A stretch of DNA of 64,000 nt. Source: the human T2T-CHM13v2.0 reference genome, Homo sapiens. The stretch is taken from the NCBI RefSeq assembly GCF_009914755.1, contig NC_060927.1. One strand, given 5' to 3'. The notes under the pieces are model-generated. The model saw only the letters and a program-made list of their open reading frames with translations. It had not been told where the DNA came from and did no database searches. Every line of letters begins with the position of its first letter. Position 1 is the stretch's first letter. Shown here in pieces: positions 26,201-38,540 of this stretch. The translations under genes were made by a program, and so were the position numbers.

Positions 26201-27240
26201 TATCCCCAACAACTTTTGCCTTTTTATTCATCCTGAGGGATCTACAGTGTCCCTAAAGACCATCCCACAGATACTGTTCCACTCCATTTTGAAAAAGGTC
26301 AACTTAACGATTAAAATATCGACTTTTTAAAAGTTGATCCTTTAAAAATAATTTTGCCAACTCAGCAAAAAGTCTATCAACTAATAAATGACTTTTGCTA
26401 TCTCAGGCCCCAAACTCTAAATCTAACCTAGAGGCCTCTACCCTGGCAGCTTGCAGCAGATGGAGAAATTTCCCCATTTATTGCAGCTCAACATTGATAC
26501 AGAAGGCAAAACAGTGAGGGAACCATAGCCTCGCACTCCCGCTGAGCTATATTTCCACTCCTGGTAAGTTTGAGCCTAAATGAGGCTCATTAGCATATAA
26601 CCGGGCCACAGATACATTTATGAGGGTCATGGATCTTCCCTTCAGAATTTGGCTGCCAGCACGCTGATTTTACATTTTGCCATGTAGATTTAATTCTCCT
26701 TAGTGAAAGAAAACCACATTAAGAAGTCATTTCCTTTCTTGCAGAGGCAAACATGCTGCAGTTGCTACAGGCAAGGCAAACGGGATTGCTATTCTTCTAC
26801 TCAAGAACTAATTTTCATTTTGATACTACCTTGACGTCTGTTATAAATCCATCTTATCTTATAACAATTCAATAGGATGACAAAGAGATATGCAAAGCCC
26901 AGGAAATATGGCCTTCCCACTTCTGCTACTGCCATTGGAAGACACAGAAATAAAGCATTAAGTGGCCTCAACAACACAGATCATACCAGAGGAATCCAAA
27001 TAATTTAGAGCCTGTGAATGTTAATGCCTTCCTGGTTATTAGGCGACCGTCTGTTATTGTCATATGCCTTACAGATGGCAACATTGTGCCAATCCTTAGA
27101 AGAAGTTTTTGGGAAATAATAGGAAATAAATAAAACAAAAACTAATCATCTTTGCAAAAACTCTGTTGTACCTAGCTTTTAAAAGTTATGAGATTTCCCT
27201 CCTAAAAGCCCCAGATGGAAGCATGTGGTTCTGTTTAGAA

Positions 27241-27411
27241 CAGCGGCACTCAACCCTGGTTGGTTGCCCACTGTAATCATCTAGGAAGCTTTAAAAAATA
27301 AAACCCACCCCAGGGATTCTGATTTAATTGGTCTGGGGCAGCCTGGGTTTGGGGATTTAAAACAAAACTTCTCAGCCAATTCTAAGGTGCACTTACTGTT
27401 GAGAATCACTG
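27241..27411. mobile_element. MER5A/MER5A1
   Basis: CAGCGGCACTCAAC...AATCATCTAGGAAGCTTTAAAAAATA...GATTCTGATTTAATTGGTCTGGGG...TTGAGAATCACTG; degenerate terminal inverted repeats. Confidence 0.75.
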
Positions 27412-28289
27412 CTTTTTGGGAGAAGTGTGTAGATAGAGCCCACACACATATAGAAAGAATCCGCTTGCCTTTAAGCACATTGCTTGTGATCCTATCAACA
27501 GTACTACTGCTGTCCTTTGCAAACCTTGCCCTAGAACTGCTTTTCTTCTGTTTATGCTCTGTCCATGGGATGTCTGGCCCACAAGGCTTGTCTTAGCAAC
27601 ACTAACATGCGGATGCAGTTCAGCAGCCTTTGAATGTTTTTAATCTCTGCAGAAATAGGGAGCCTGGGAAAGGCCCTGGTGGGCAAGACTTGTGTCCTAG
27701 AAGATCCATCCAGGTGACTTGAAGACTAAAAATGCTACAGTTTGGAGTAAAGTTCCATTTCCCTAAAGCAACCCAAGAACCTGGTGGCTGCAACTTCTTG
27801 CCTGGCTAACGGAGAGAAAGCCCTAATGATCTTAAATAGTAGTTTATCCAAAAGGCAGTATTTGCCGTGGGTGAACTTTAATGGAGGAGTTTCACTTCTG
27901 ATAAGCCTTCTAGATTACTTTGGCTGCCCACAGGGGAGGGCGGTGACTACTTGTTAACACACAAGACAGTTGCTCTGTCTCTGTAATGCCAGGGGCCAGA
28001 CCTAGCACTGGAACACTGAACCAGACAGACTCCTTTATTGTTCTCCTGGGGCACCCAGGTAGGGAGGTTACACACCAAACGGCTGATTCTTAGTGAGATG
28101 GGATTACAAAATGGGAAGGCTGCTGGATAGAGCTAGCCTCCTTGCAAAGGCTTTTGAGTATCACCTTGGTTTCACAAAGAAACGTTATGAAAAACAGTGA
28201 TGGAGGGAAAGAGGTTATCTACGGATCATCCAAAAATGGCTCTCCAAGAAGGCGAGAGTTAGTTAGGTCTGAGCTTGAACAATGAGAAG

Positions 28290-28445
28290 AACAAAAGTTC
28301 CTTTAATCTCTTTGTGTCTCAGTTTTCCCCTTTCTAAAATGGGAGTAGGAAAAAGAGTGGTGAGCAGTGCCGTGCCTGACACATAGTTAAGTGGTATTTA
28401 ATATTCCCTGCTGCTGCTACTACTGTCAGTCATTAGCATTATTTT
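28290..28445 (+). mobile_element. MIR fragment
   Basis: TTTAATCTCTTTGTGTCTCAGTTTTCCCCTTTCTAAAATGGG core; GTGCCTGACACATAGTTAAGTG tail. Confidence 0.65.
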
Positions 28446-28817
28446 TAGGCTAAATAACACTGACCTAATGACAGCGAGCACTAAAAACTCCACAGAGGTT
28501 GTTTCTAGGAGTAAAAGTATTTTTCATCTCCATGGTTCCCCAGTGATCTGTATCTTTTGGACCTAACTAACTACTTTGTAGAAGGATTAAAAGTTATGAT
28601 CAGAATTCAGATCCAAAACAACTTATTATAATGAGACACTCAAATCTGGGGAGGAAATGTACCTCCTTCAGCTCTAAAATGACCCTCACTAATCCCTAAT
28701 CCTCAGAGCTGTCCTAAGGAGTGAGTAAGGTATTAATCGAGGCTTCTCATGGTAAAAGCTAAGGTCCTATGGTAAAAGAATGTGGTGGAGGTCAAAGGTA
28801 GTCAATACCCCAGGAGT

Positions 28818-28982
28818 ATGGTTGCCAGATTTAGCAAACAAAAATACAAGACACTCAGTGACTTGTTTTAGGATAAGGATGTCTCATACAGTATTGAGAC
28901 GACATCCTGATATGAAACAATGATTTGTTGTTTACCTGAAATACAAAGTTAACTGGGATTCTTGTATTTTATTTGACAACTC
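28818..28982. mobile_element. MER53 palindromic MITE
   Basis: GGTTGCCAGATTTAGCAAACAAAAATACAAGA...TCTTGTATTTTATTTGACAAC; inverted arms. Confidence 0.8.
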
Positions 28983-29207
28983 AACATAGCAGACCCCTTA
29001 AAAAGGTGTCACAGGAAGAACTTGGCTTGCATTTGGTAACTAGGTTGTTCCCAAAGTTGCCTGGCTGTGAATCCTGGAAAAAACAGAGGGGATCATGTGC
29101 AGGAAGATAAAATTCAAGGCCATCATTTTGTGCACTCCAGGGCTTATTATTATTGCATGGTCTTATTGCACGGAATGCAGTGTAAATCAACCTGCACTAT
29201 TTTAATT

Positions 29208-29382
29208 CCTTAGTTCACCAGTTCTAAGGTGCACATTTTTTCATATTTTAACATCTTTGAAATCAAAACATGTCCTATAACCAAAAGTGTGTCATAGTTT
29301 AATTGGCAGTGTTTTTCTTTCTTAGTAGTACATAAAATAACAGCACTTCCAACTGACTGTGTCTGGGATTCAGTGCACTATA
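29208..29382. mobile_element. MER104 (TcMar-Tc2 MITE)
   Basis: TTCTAAGGTGCACATTTTTTCATATTTTAACATCT...GTCATAGTTTAATTGGCAGTGTTTTTCTTTCTTAGTAGTACATAAAATAA matches recalled MER104. Confidence 0.75.
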
Positions 29383-29421
29383 TTTCTCCATCTCTCCTTT
29401 CTGCAGGTAAGTCACGTAAGT
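29381..29421 (+). other. Juxtaposed 3'/5' splice-site motif (polypyrimidine-CAG|GTAAGT) with a second GTAAGT 9 nt downstream
   Basis: TATTTCTCCATCTCTCCTTTCTGCAG (29381-29406), GTAAGT (29407-29412), CAC, GTAAGT (29416-29421). The motif is certain; whether it is used is unknown. Confidence 0.35.
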
Positions 29422-30227
29422 TAAATGTGACTCTGCTTGCTCTGAAAATGCTCAACACCAACGCTGATGTATTACATACTGGTTTCCTTCTGATGCAACA
29501 ACAATAGTCAAAACGGTTTTCACAGAAGCTTTGTTCTTTAGAGGAAAGTGCACGCCAAAGTGACAACGTTTGCAAAAACTTGAACCAAAGTCTTTATTCA
29601 CATTCAACAGACTGAAGTCTGTGATGGCCTCTCCAAGCAAATTCTATTTCTGCACAGCTTTGAAAAGAGATTTAAAACAAAAAATCTATCTTCAGTCATC
29701 CCACTTTATCTGCTAGAAATGGTTTTTGGGGAAGGTAGTGTTAACAGGATTTCTGACTGAAGAACTGATACGTGTCGATTTTGACACTGTGCTCCCTCCT
29801 GTGCACTGAGTGTGTTATCACAAGGTATATGGGGTAATGATGAATTCCCTGCTGTATTGCTCAAACCGCCTTTGCTATTGACATCTTTAGAGTTCTGTAA
29901 TGGAATGCAGTAGGAGGAATGGTTCACAATAATTTAAATGTTTTTCAGAATTTGGAACGAACCTGGAGTAAAATGCCAAATTGTCTTCAAACGGGGGAAA
30001 ACTACTTTAATGCTCTTCTTACAGAAGCAAACGGCTGAATATAAACTTGGATGTTTTTATAAAAACATATTTCATTATTATCACTTTTATAAAACAACAT
30101 ACAGAAGCAGAGAGCTTAAATAAACCATTTCTTATGGGTTGACGGTTCTGTTTACACAGGGGTTTATATAAAGTCTCAAAAGGAAAATAACTGTATTGTT
30201 TTTTTAGATCTGATCCTCTCTTATTAC

Positions 30228-30590
30228 TTTCTATTCAACCAAGTTTTGATGAACACATGATATATTCCAGGCTCTGTTCTAGGTCTTATGAAAGATGATA
30301 CAAAGATAAATAAGCCCAAGATCTTTGCCTCCTCAGGTTCACCATGCAATAAGGCAGACAGATTCATGCATAGATAATTTAATACTGGCCTAACTACCGA
30401 ACTAGAAGTTCCATCAAAGTGTTCTTGGAGTATCTGGGGCAGGGGGAGACAAAATAATTCTTGCTGGAATTCAGGTCTGAGATTGACTTTTAAAAATCAA
30501 GGACTTGGACTGGGCTTAAAAGATGGTAATGAGATTTTGAAGAAAGGGTAATTCTGGGCAATGGGAACAGCTTCGTTAAACACATGATGC
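30228..30590 (-). mobile_element. L2 (L2c-like) 3' fragment
   Basis: ATTCAACCAAGTTTTGATGAACAC...CCAGGCTCTGTTCTAGGT...ACAAAGATAAATAAG, the reverse L2 tail. Confidence 0.55.
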
Positions 30591-30849
30591 GAGTACCAGT
30601 TCCCCAGCAAGGCAACTTGTACGCATGGTCAGCTTCACCAACTAATTACAGCACTGTTCCCTGATGAATCCTGACCTGGCTTCTAGGCAGCTACTAACAA
30701 ACATGTATCAGAGTTAGCAAGAGAGCTGAAATTTGCCACTTTGAGAAGCCTTAACATTCCATTGTTTAAAGATGGAATAGGCACGCACAACAGGGGTCTA
30801 AAAGATGGTCTCCGGCCCTACAAATGCAAAGCTGCAAACAGCTTTGAAT

Positions 30850-31210
30850 CTTACTGAGAGAAACTTATTCCCTTTTCAGTGATCTTTCAGTCCCTCTGAC
30901 TGTTCAAGAATAAAGTCTCAGCGGACTAGTACGTCCTTGATAAGGCATCAACAACACCTCTAAGAGAAAGAGAAGAGCCATCCAGACTGGCTAGAATATA
31001 ATAAGATTGTTTTGTTTAGATCATATTTATTTTTAGGGACATCTCTCATTTATGACAAATCATGTCAAGTCTCCTTTTAAAGTAAATTTAAGTTAAACAT
31101 AAAAGAATCAATTTTAAAAATATATGAAATGAAATGGTGTGAAAATATGGCATTAACAGCTTGAGAAATGGCCCCTGGGGAAGGAAGTACAACTGAGGTG
31201 GGAAAGGGTG
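30850..31210. mobile_element. MER113-like hAT-Charlie fragment
   Basis: ACTTATTCCCTTTTCA...AAAGTCTCAG...GCTAGAATATAATAAGATTGTTTTG...TCCTTTTAAAGTAAATTTA; similar to 56900-57600. Confidence 0.5.
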
Positions 31211-31384
31211 ACTCAAGATGTGAGGGTGATGCATTGGCCTTTAATGCTTGTGGGTGGCAGTTTCTACTGGGCTGAGTTCTAGAAAGCTTCATTTTTCATG
31301 GATGCATGGGAGTCAAAATAATTTCATGTTATAAGAACTCCGTCAAAAAATGGTATGGGGGATGGTAGAACTTTGGGTAGGGCA

Positions 31385-31720
31385 GGCTTTTAAAGGAAGG
31401 CTTCACTGAAGATGTAGCATATAAGTTGAGGTGTGAATAATGAGTATTTAAGTAAAGGGGCAGGAAGGAATATTTCAAGCAAAAAGAACAGCAAGTGCAG
31501 ACCTTCAAGGAAGTGTGGTGGTTGGGTAACAGGCTGGAAGAGTGAGAGAGAGGACTTGGGGGGATGGCAGATCATTTGCACCCTGTGGGCAGGGCTGAGA
31601 AGTTTGGATTTTATTTTTGGTGTGATGAGAAGATAGGCAAGGAAGTAAAAGGACTAGAATAATTGCTCATAAAGAATGTCCTGGAAGGATAATGAATTAA
31701 AGGGAGAAAGTGATGGCAAC
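31385..31720 (-). mobile_element. L2 fragment
   Basis: AGGAAGGCTTCACTGAAGATG...AAGAACAGCAAGTGCAGA...AAGTTTGGATTTTATT. Confidence 0.65.
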
Positions 31721-33184
31721 AATCAGAAGAGAAAGTTTGGGAGAGGGGGCTCATTTGCCCCATAGGCTAGTTAGCGTCATGGCCACTAAGTGAGAGGACT
31801 TGGCCCCTCACTATAGATGGACCTTGTCATCTGGCAGCTTTCTCCCTGGTGCTTGTCTGTAAAGCACACAGAGATCCTGGCTTCCCTGCCAAGATTGCTC
31901 TGAACTAGTGTGAAAATCACTCAGTTTTTGCCCAATATCCATTCTGCCTCTCTTCTATCATTCACTTCTCAAAGTTCCCGAGAAGCCTTCCTGGACCATT
32001 CTGATTGAGTCATATTTCACGATTCTGGATGCTTTCATGCTTCTGGCACCTCCCTGGCACTGTCCTTTCAGTACATGTTTCCTGCCAGACATGGAGCTTC
32101 CTTTGTCTATGTGCTGGTTACTGAGCAGACTGGCGCCCACGCTGGACTTTCTTGGGGGCCCAATGAATCACCAGGTGCTTTCACTTGAGGCAGAAAATGG
32201 TCTTGGACCACAAACCTCTGCCTGCCACTTGTGATACCTTAGAACGCTGAAGTTCTTTGAATATTACTTAGTAGAAAAATATGTTCATTGCTTCCCTTCT
32301 CTATCCTGTGAACTGGACCTTGGACTAAGCACTAGACTGTGAGATATCTATGTGCAAACAAATTACCTTCAGGTCCTTCTACTTACTGTGAAAGTTCAAA
32401 AGCCCAGTTCCTCCTCCTTTTCTGAACAGAAATTCAAGTAATCAATGGAGCATTAATCATTTGATTAGTTGCCAAAGCTTTGACTTAAGCATAACTTACT
32501 TGAGTAAAAGCAAGTATTTTTAGTGCTGCCTGTGGGGCCAAAATGCTGAAATAAGCTCTTATATTAATTAGTGGCATCCCATTTTCAAGGGGTATAGAGT
32601 GTTGGATGTTTAAGAATTTGTAACCCCCAAAAGTAAGTATTAACTAGAAAATCACAGTGCTGGAAAATAATTATGCCAAACCACTGTACTATAACAGAAC
32701 CCAATTGCTTATCCAATTATACATTGAAGTATCACATTGTCAAGCCGATTGCCAAAGCGGCAAATGAGACTTTGCTAGCATCATAATTTGGACCAGATAT
32801 TACTCCACTAACTACACTATGAATAGTCTTTGGAACATGCTATGTACCCTAAATAAACCTCCACGAACCAAGGTGGGCATTTCAGGTTTGTTGGAGTACG
32901 CCCATGCCATCAAAAAAAAAAAAAAAATCACTGGAATTGATTAGACATGAAAGTTCACAGTTTTCCATTGAAAGCCTGTTAGGAGCATCTCAGCAAAGAG
33001 CAACTGCAGCTCCAGGTTCTGAGCAGAGTTGATTTCAATTAAAATATCAAAGGTAGTCACTTCCTGTCAGGGAGACCATCAGTAATTCTATCCTCAAATG
33101 TGTATCTGAGAAAAACAACCCCAGACACTGCCTCCTGGATCTGCAACACTGCTCCCTGATTGATTGGCCACCATTTAGAGGTAA

Positions 33185-33330
33185 TTTTTTTTTTTTTCGA
33201 GACAAGGTCTCACTCTGTCTGGAGTGTAGTGGCCAGCTCACTGCAGCCTCAACCTCCCAGGCTTAAGTGATCCAGCCACTTCCGCCTCCTAAAGTGCCGG
33301 GGTTATAGGCATGCACCACTGTGCTCGGCC
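33185..33330 (-). mobile_element. Alu monomer (FRAM/AluJ-like, degenerate)
   Basis: Poly(T), then GAGACAAGGTCTCACTCTGT...GCTCACTGCAGCCTCAACCTCCCAGGCTTAAGTGATCC...GTGCTCGGCC. Confidence 0.8.
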
Positions 33331-33718
33331 TAGAACTTTCTTACAACACAACATCAGGACAGCTGAAGAACAGGAGCCTGGAACTGGGCTGTGAGGAGCT
33401 ACTAAGGGGTTGATATTCTTAGGACACCCCATTGCTATGATTTTCTTCTCAACCTTGTAAGGGATTGGAACGATCTTGCCCAACAGTTGGGTCTGATATG
33501 TCAGACGAAAATCCCACTGTGGCAAGAGCCTGACTCCCAGGGTTCAGTAGAGAAATAATTTGCACTCGCCCAGTAGTTCTTTGCTTTTCAAGTAATAGTA
33601 AGCCCTAAACAATATCAAACTTGGTAAAAACAAAATCTTCCTGTCTAGTCCCCACATTGCCCAGTCAGAGTAACATCCATCTTCGTATCCTCTCGGCTAG
33701 CTGTATCTGATACCAGTA

Positions 33719-34683
<965 letters not shown>

Positions 34684-34828
34684 TAGTAGGTTTTCAATAA
34701 GCATTGGTCAAATACGTCACTAAATTACACTTTTCCTCCCAATATACTGGCTATGCTAGCTCATCATCCCCATTTTCCACATAAAACAAGGAACTTAAAT
34801 CACTCAACCAATGTAACATGGATAACTC

Positions 34829-34953
34829 AGAGTGGTATTTGTTTGGATGAGACACACAAACACTGGATCCACTAGTGGATCCAGACATGCAGCAAACTGT
34901 ATGTCTCATCCAAACAAATTTGCTGTATGTCTAGTGCTCTTCTGATCCACTCT
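34829..34953. repeat. Interleaved inverted-repeat mosaic with a perfect 22-bp palindrome
   Basis: Palindrome CTGGATCCACTAGTGGATCCAG (34863-34884). IR 34837-34858 / 34898-34919 (21/22); IR 34883-34896 / 34919-34932 (13/14); IR 34829-34835 / 34947-34953 (7/7). Confidence 0.95.
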
Positions 34954-35859
34954 ATAAATTCCTGGGAACGTTCTTTCAGTTAACATAGTTGAAAACATGG
35001 GTGGTAAAACAGCATAGAAAGCAAAACTAACACTGCAAATAGGGATCAACCTCTAAGCCCGGAGGGCCCTGCTGGAAAACCTCTTCTGAGGGGAAAATTG
35101 CATCTCAGGGCAGTTTTCAGGAATTAATCGCTGATCACCAACACCTCACCCCAGGCGCCATCATATCTGAACCCTTCTGGTTTTTCAGTGGGTAGAAAAC
35201 TGGTGAGGCAAAAGGGACTAGAGATCTCTGCCAGTTTGATTTCCTCAGGCCTCTGTTTCTAAAAACATGCTCACTGAGAAATGAAATGAAACTCCTTCTG
35301 AAAAGGAGGTTTGTGATGAAGCAGACTTCGGAGAAGGAAGCATTTATTCAAAAAGCAATTTCCTTGGCCAGTCATGTTCTGTAAGCCTTTTTCCCCCCCG
35401 CCGGTGTTTCAGATATTGGTGTTTAAGCAAGACTGTTCTCCTTTAATCCTAGAGTGATGTCAACCCACAGTACTCAGAACAAGGAATGGGAAGAGGCATA
35501 GGGCCAATTTCTGCCTTTGTTGGAATCTCCTGAACATTTCATTTCCTATTTGCTTCTGCTACATATGGCTTCTTTTTTCAAAGGTACCTTGCAGAGTCTT
35601 CGGAAGCACAGTGTAGGCAAGGAAACTCTCCAAGGAGAAAGAAAAATCTGCACTACAAGATGCTACGCAAACACACAACTAAGAGAGGGAGGCAAGCACA
35701 CAGCACGCAACCAATAATGCACAGCCACAGAATCCTTCTCAACACAACATTGCAGGCAGCAGCAACTGGGTTGTCAAGATAAAACCTATTTGAAGAAGCT
35801 GATCTAGCTGGGACCTTTGAACAATCCAGATCCCCAAGCATTTAAAGCTTGTTTCTCTG

Positions 35860-36230
35860 CAGAATTCATTCAATTATTCAACAAATATGAACATGTATTC
35901 AGTGTATTTTATAGTGTAATAGTAATCAAGCTGGACAAGGTAGTGCCTTTGGGAGGCTTACATTCTAGGAGAGAAGGCAGGCAGTTAGCAAGTAATCATC
36001 TATCACTGCCTTGGGAGGGAATAAAAGAGGGAGCTACCTGAGACAATATGGTCAGAAAAGACTGCTCTGAGGAAAGGACAGTCAGCTGAGGAGTGGCAAG
36101 TGCAAACAAACACCCCAAGGGAAGAAGGAGGCATCTGTATGGTCTGTGCACTGGCTGAAGGCAAGTGTCTGAAGGCGAGTGAGGAAGTTCTCAGATAGAA
36201 GGTAGAAGATGAGGTGGAGAAGTGGGAAAA
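35860..36230 (-). mobile_element. L2 3' fragment
   Basis: ATTCATTCAATTATTCAACAAATATG...GGAGGCTTACATTCTAG...TGGTCAGAAAAGACTGCTCTGAGGA. Confidence 0.65.
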
Positions 36231-37214
36231 TCTCTCTTCCCTTTAGCACTGGAGGCGAAAGGGCTAGAAGACGAGAGACTGAATGATTCTTTCAGTCACA
36301 TCACTCTTTTCAAGCACCTACTTTGTGCTAGGTGCAGAAGACTATTAAACAGGCAAAGCTGTAATAAATCCAAACTCAGTGAGCTGAAGGTAGAAAGGCC
36401 GTCCCAGAACAGCTGGACCCAGCACTGCCTCTGAACATGGGCAATGACACTTTGGGGCTCAATGTTTGCTTACTGGGTCTCTCACACACCCTAACATCAG
36501 CCCTGCCTATAATGAACTTTCCCCAGAAAAGCAGGTGAGCAGCAAGCTATTTGCACATGTGGTGACTACCATGGAGCAGCAAGGATGCAGGCTGACCTCA
36601 CAGACTTCTTTCTGAATGCATACCATATGTTTGGCAGAGCTAAAAGAGCTATCCCAGCACCATCTAGCCAGGTGCTTGGCACTGGATCTCATATGCTGGC
36701 AGATGAAAAATGACTAATATGAAAATCTATATTCCAACGGTACTCACCAGTCCACTGGATTGGTCACGATTCCTTCTTTCTACAATAGGATCATTCTGCT
36801 TCTGATTACAAAACTGCACCCTCTGAAGCTGCTACTCACCCGTTGGAAGTTACATACCCTGTGCAGCCTACAAATCCATTAAGTTCTGATGGAGCTATTC
36901 CAACGCCCTTCAAAGAACCTGGCCCATGTGAGTTGCACAAACAAATTGGAGCCAACCTTTCCCAAATGCCTCTCTCTATTTCATTTAAAAACCCTCTTTA
37001 ATGAAGACATAAAGCCTTGAATGCAGCTGAAACGCTATGCTTACCATGCATGACAGCAGATCGTCACAGAGGATTTCAAATGCTTTTTTTTTCTAACCAG
37101 AATACTTGAAAGAAACTGAGATTTCCTTGTTATGAGTTCAACTGTTCATTTTATATGCCCTATAATTGACCATTCTCCAGAAGTCAGCATAGGCAACAGA
37201 GATGTAAGGCAACT

Positions 37215-37218
<4 letters not shown>

Positions 37219-37253
<35 letters not shown>
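37219..37253. repeat. (CA)n microsatellite, ~17 units
   Basis: Perfect AC repeat. Confidence 0.97.
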
Positions 37254-37254
<1 letters not shown>

Positions 37255-37979
37255 CTTTGGCACAGTGAAAAATTAAAATGCAATGCCAGGCTTGGGACTA
37301 TTTTGAAGCCTCAGGCTAGGAAAGCAATACCCTCACCTTTCTCAGCTGCCTACTATGTACCTAACCTTCCAATTATTTATGGCTGAGATGCTTAAGATGT
37401 ACTGGAGAAACAGCCATGGCTGAGAGATACACAAAGCTGAAATATTATAGAGAGTTATAACTTCATGAATGAAAAACCTATAAAAATCACTTAAGGGTCC
37501 TAATCTTTCAGTTAATCTCACCTCAGTGCCACTCAAGGGTTTAAAGGAGTTTCACTGATTGGTTTTTAAAGGACAACGATAAAAATGCTTTGAAATAACT
37601 AATTATAATTTCAGGTATCTATGTAAAGGTCCAGACACAAATATTTGAAAATGGACTGCTCCTAGAATCAGGGATTGACACAGATCTTTAAAACTTTCTA
37701 GCCCAAACATCCATGTGACATTTGTATCCCTTTGGCCATATTGCTTTCAAGGCTTCAATGCTCTAGGAAAGAGGATCTTACTGCAGTACTGCTAGATTTA
37801 GGTGGAGATCAAAATTACCAATGTTTGAAAGTGATATTTTTACATTAACTTGATCAAGAGTTAGAACTTGGACTTATTACTCAGACAGTCTGATCCTTCA
37901 TTGACAAGCTGTGCTGAGAAACCATTCTGTGGGCTAAAGAGGATATGGACTCCCAGGATTGCTCTGGCATTGCGGTTGA

Positions 37980-38540
37980 GAAGATATACTGGAATAACCT
38001 CTTTTGAAAACAGTTTAGCATTACCTCCTAAAGTTGACATCTACAACAATATGACTGCCAGGTATATTACCAAGAGAAATTCTCATATGTGTACAAGAAG
38101 ACATGCATGAGAATGTTCAAAGAAACTCTGATTAAAATAGATAGAATCTAGTAATGACCAACATCCCACCAGGGAGTAGATGAATAAACCCTGATATGTT
38201 CACATAATTAAATACCATGGCTCAAGCAAAACAAATGTTTGATAGTGACACACAGCTCATAGGGAGAAATCTTAACAATATATTAGTTTAAAAAAATTCC
38301 CTAAAGACAATACAAATATACACACTTTAGGAATCCATAGAGATGCCTAAAACTATATGAAAAGTCACAAAGCAATGGTGAGCATAGATTGAGGATGCTG
38401 GACTGACTCCATGTGAGGAGACAAGGGGATGGTTTTTTGTGTGGGACTATCATACTGTTAGATGTGGGATAGTAGCAAAATCATAGGTTTTGTTCTGGGC
38501 AATGGGTTTGCAGATACTCATTAACATCATTAAACATAAC
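37980..38540 (+). mobile_element. Old L1 (L1ME-type) ORF2 end and 3' UTR fragment
   Basis: TTTGAAAACAGTTTAGCATTACCT...AAAGTTGA...CCAAGAGAAATTCTC...GAATGTTCA...GTAGATGAATAAA. Confidence 0.65.

Noticed and set aside
34865-34882. BamHI-SpeI-BamHI as cloning-vector polylinker contamination
   Set aside because: ACTAGTGGATCC does occur in pBluescript-type polylinkers, but the neighbouring sites (XbaI, SmaI) are absent and the pieces are explained by local copies (GATCCACT at 34944, CTAGTG at 34931).
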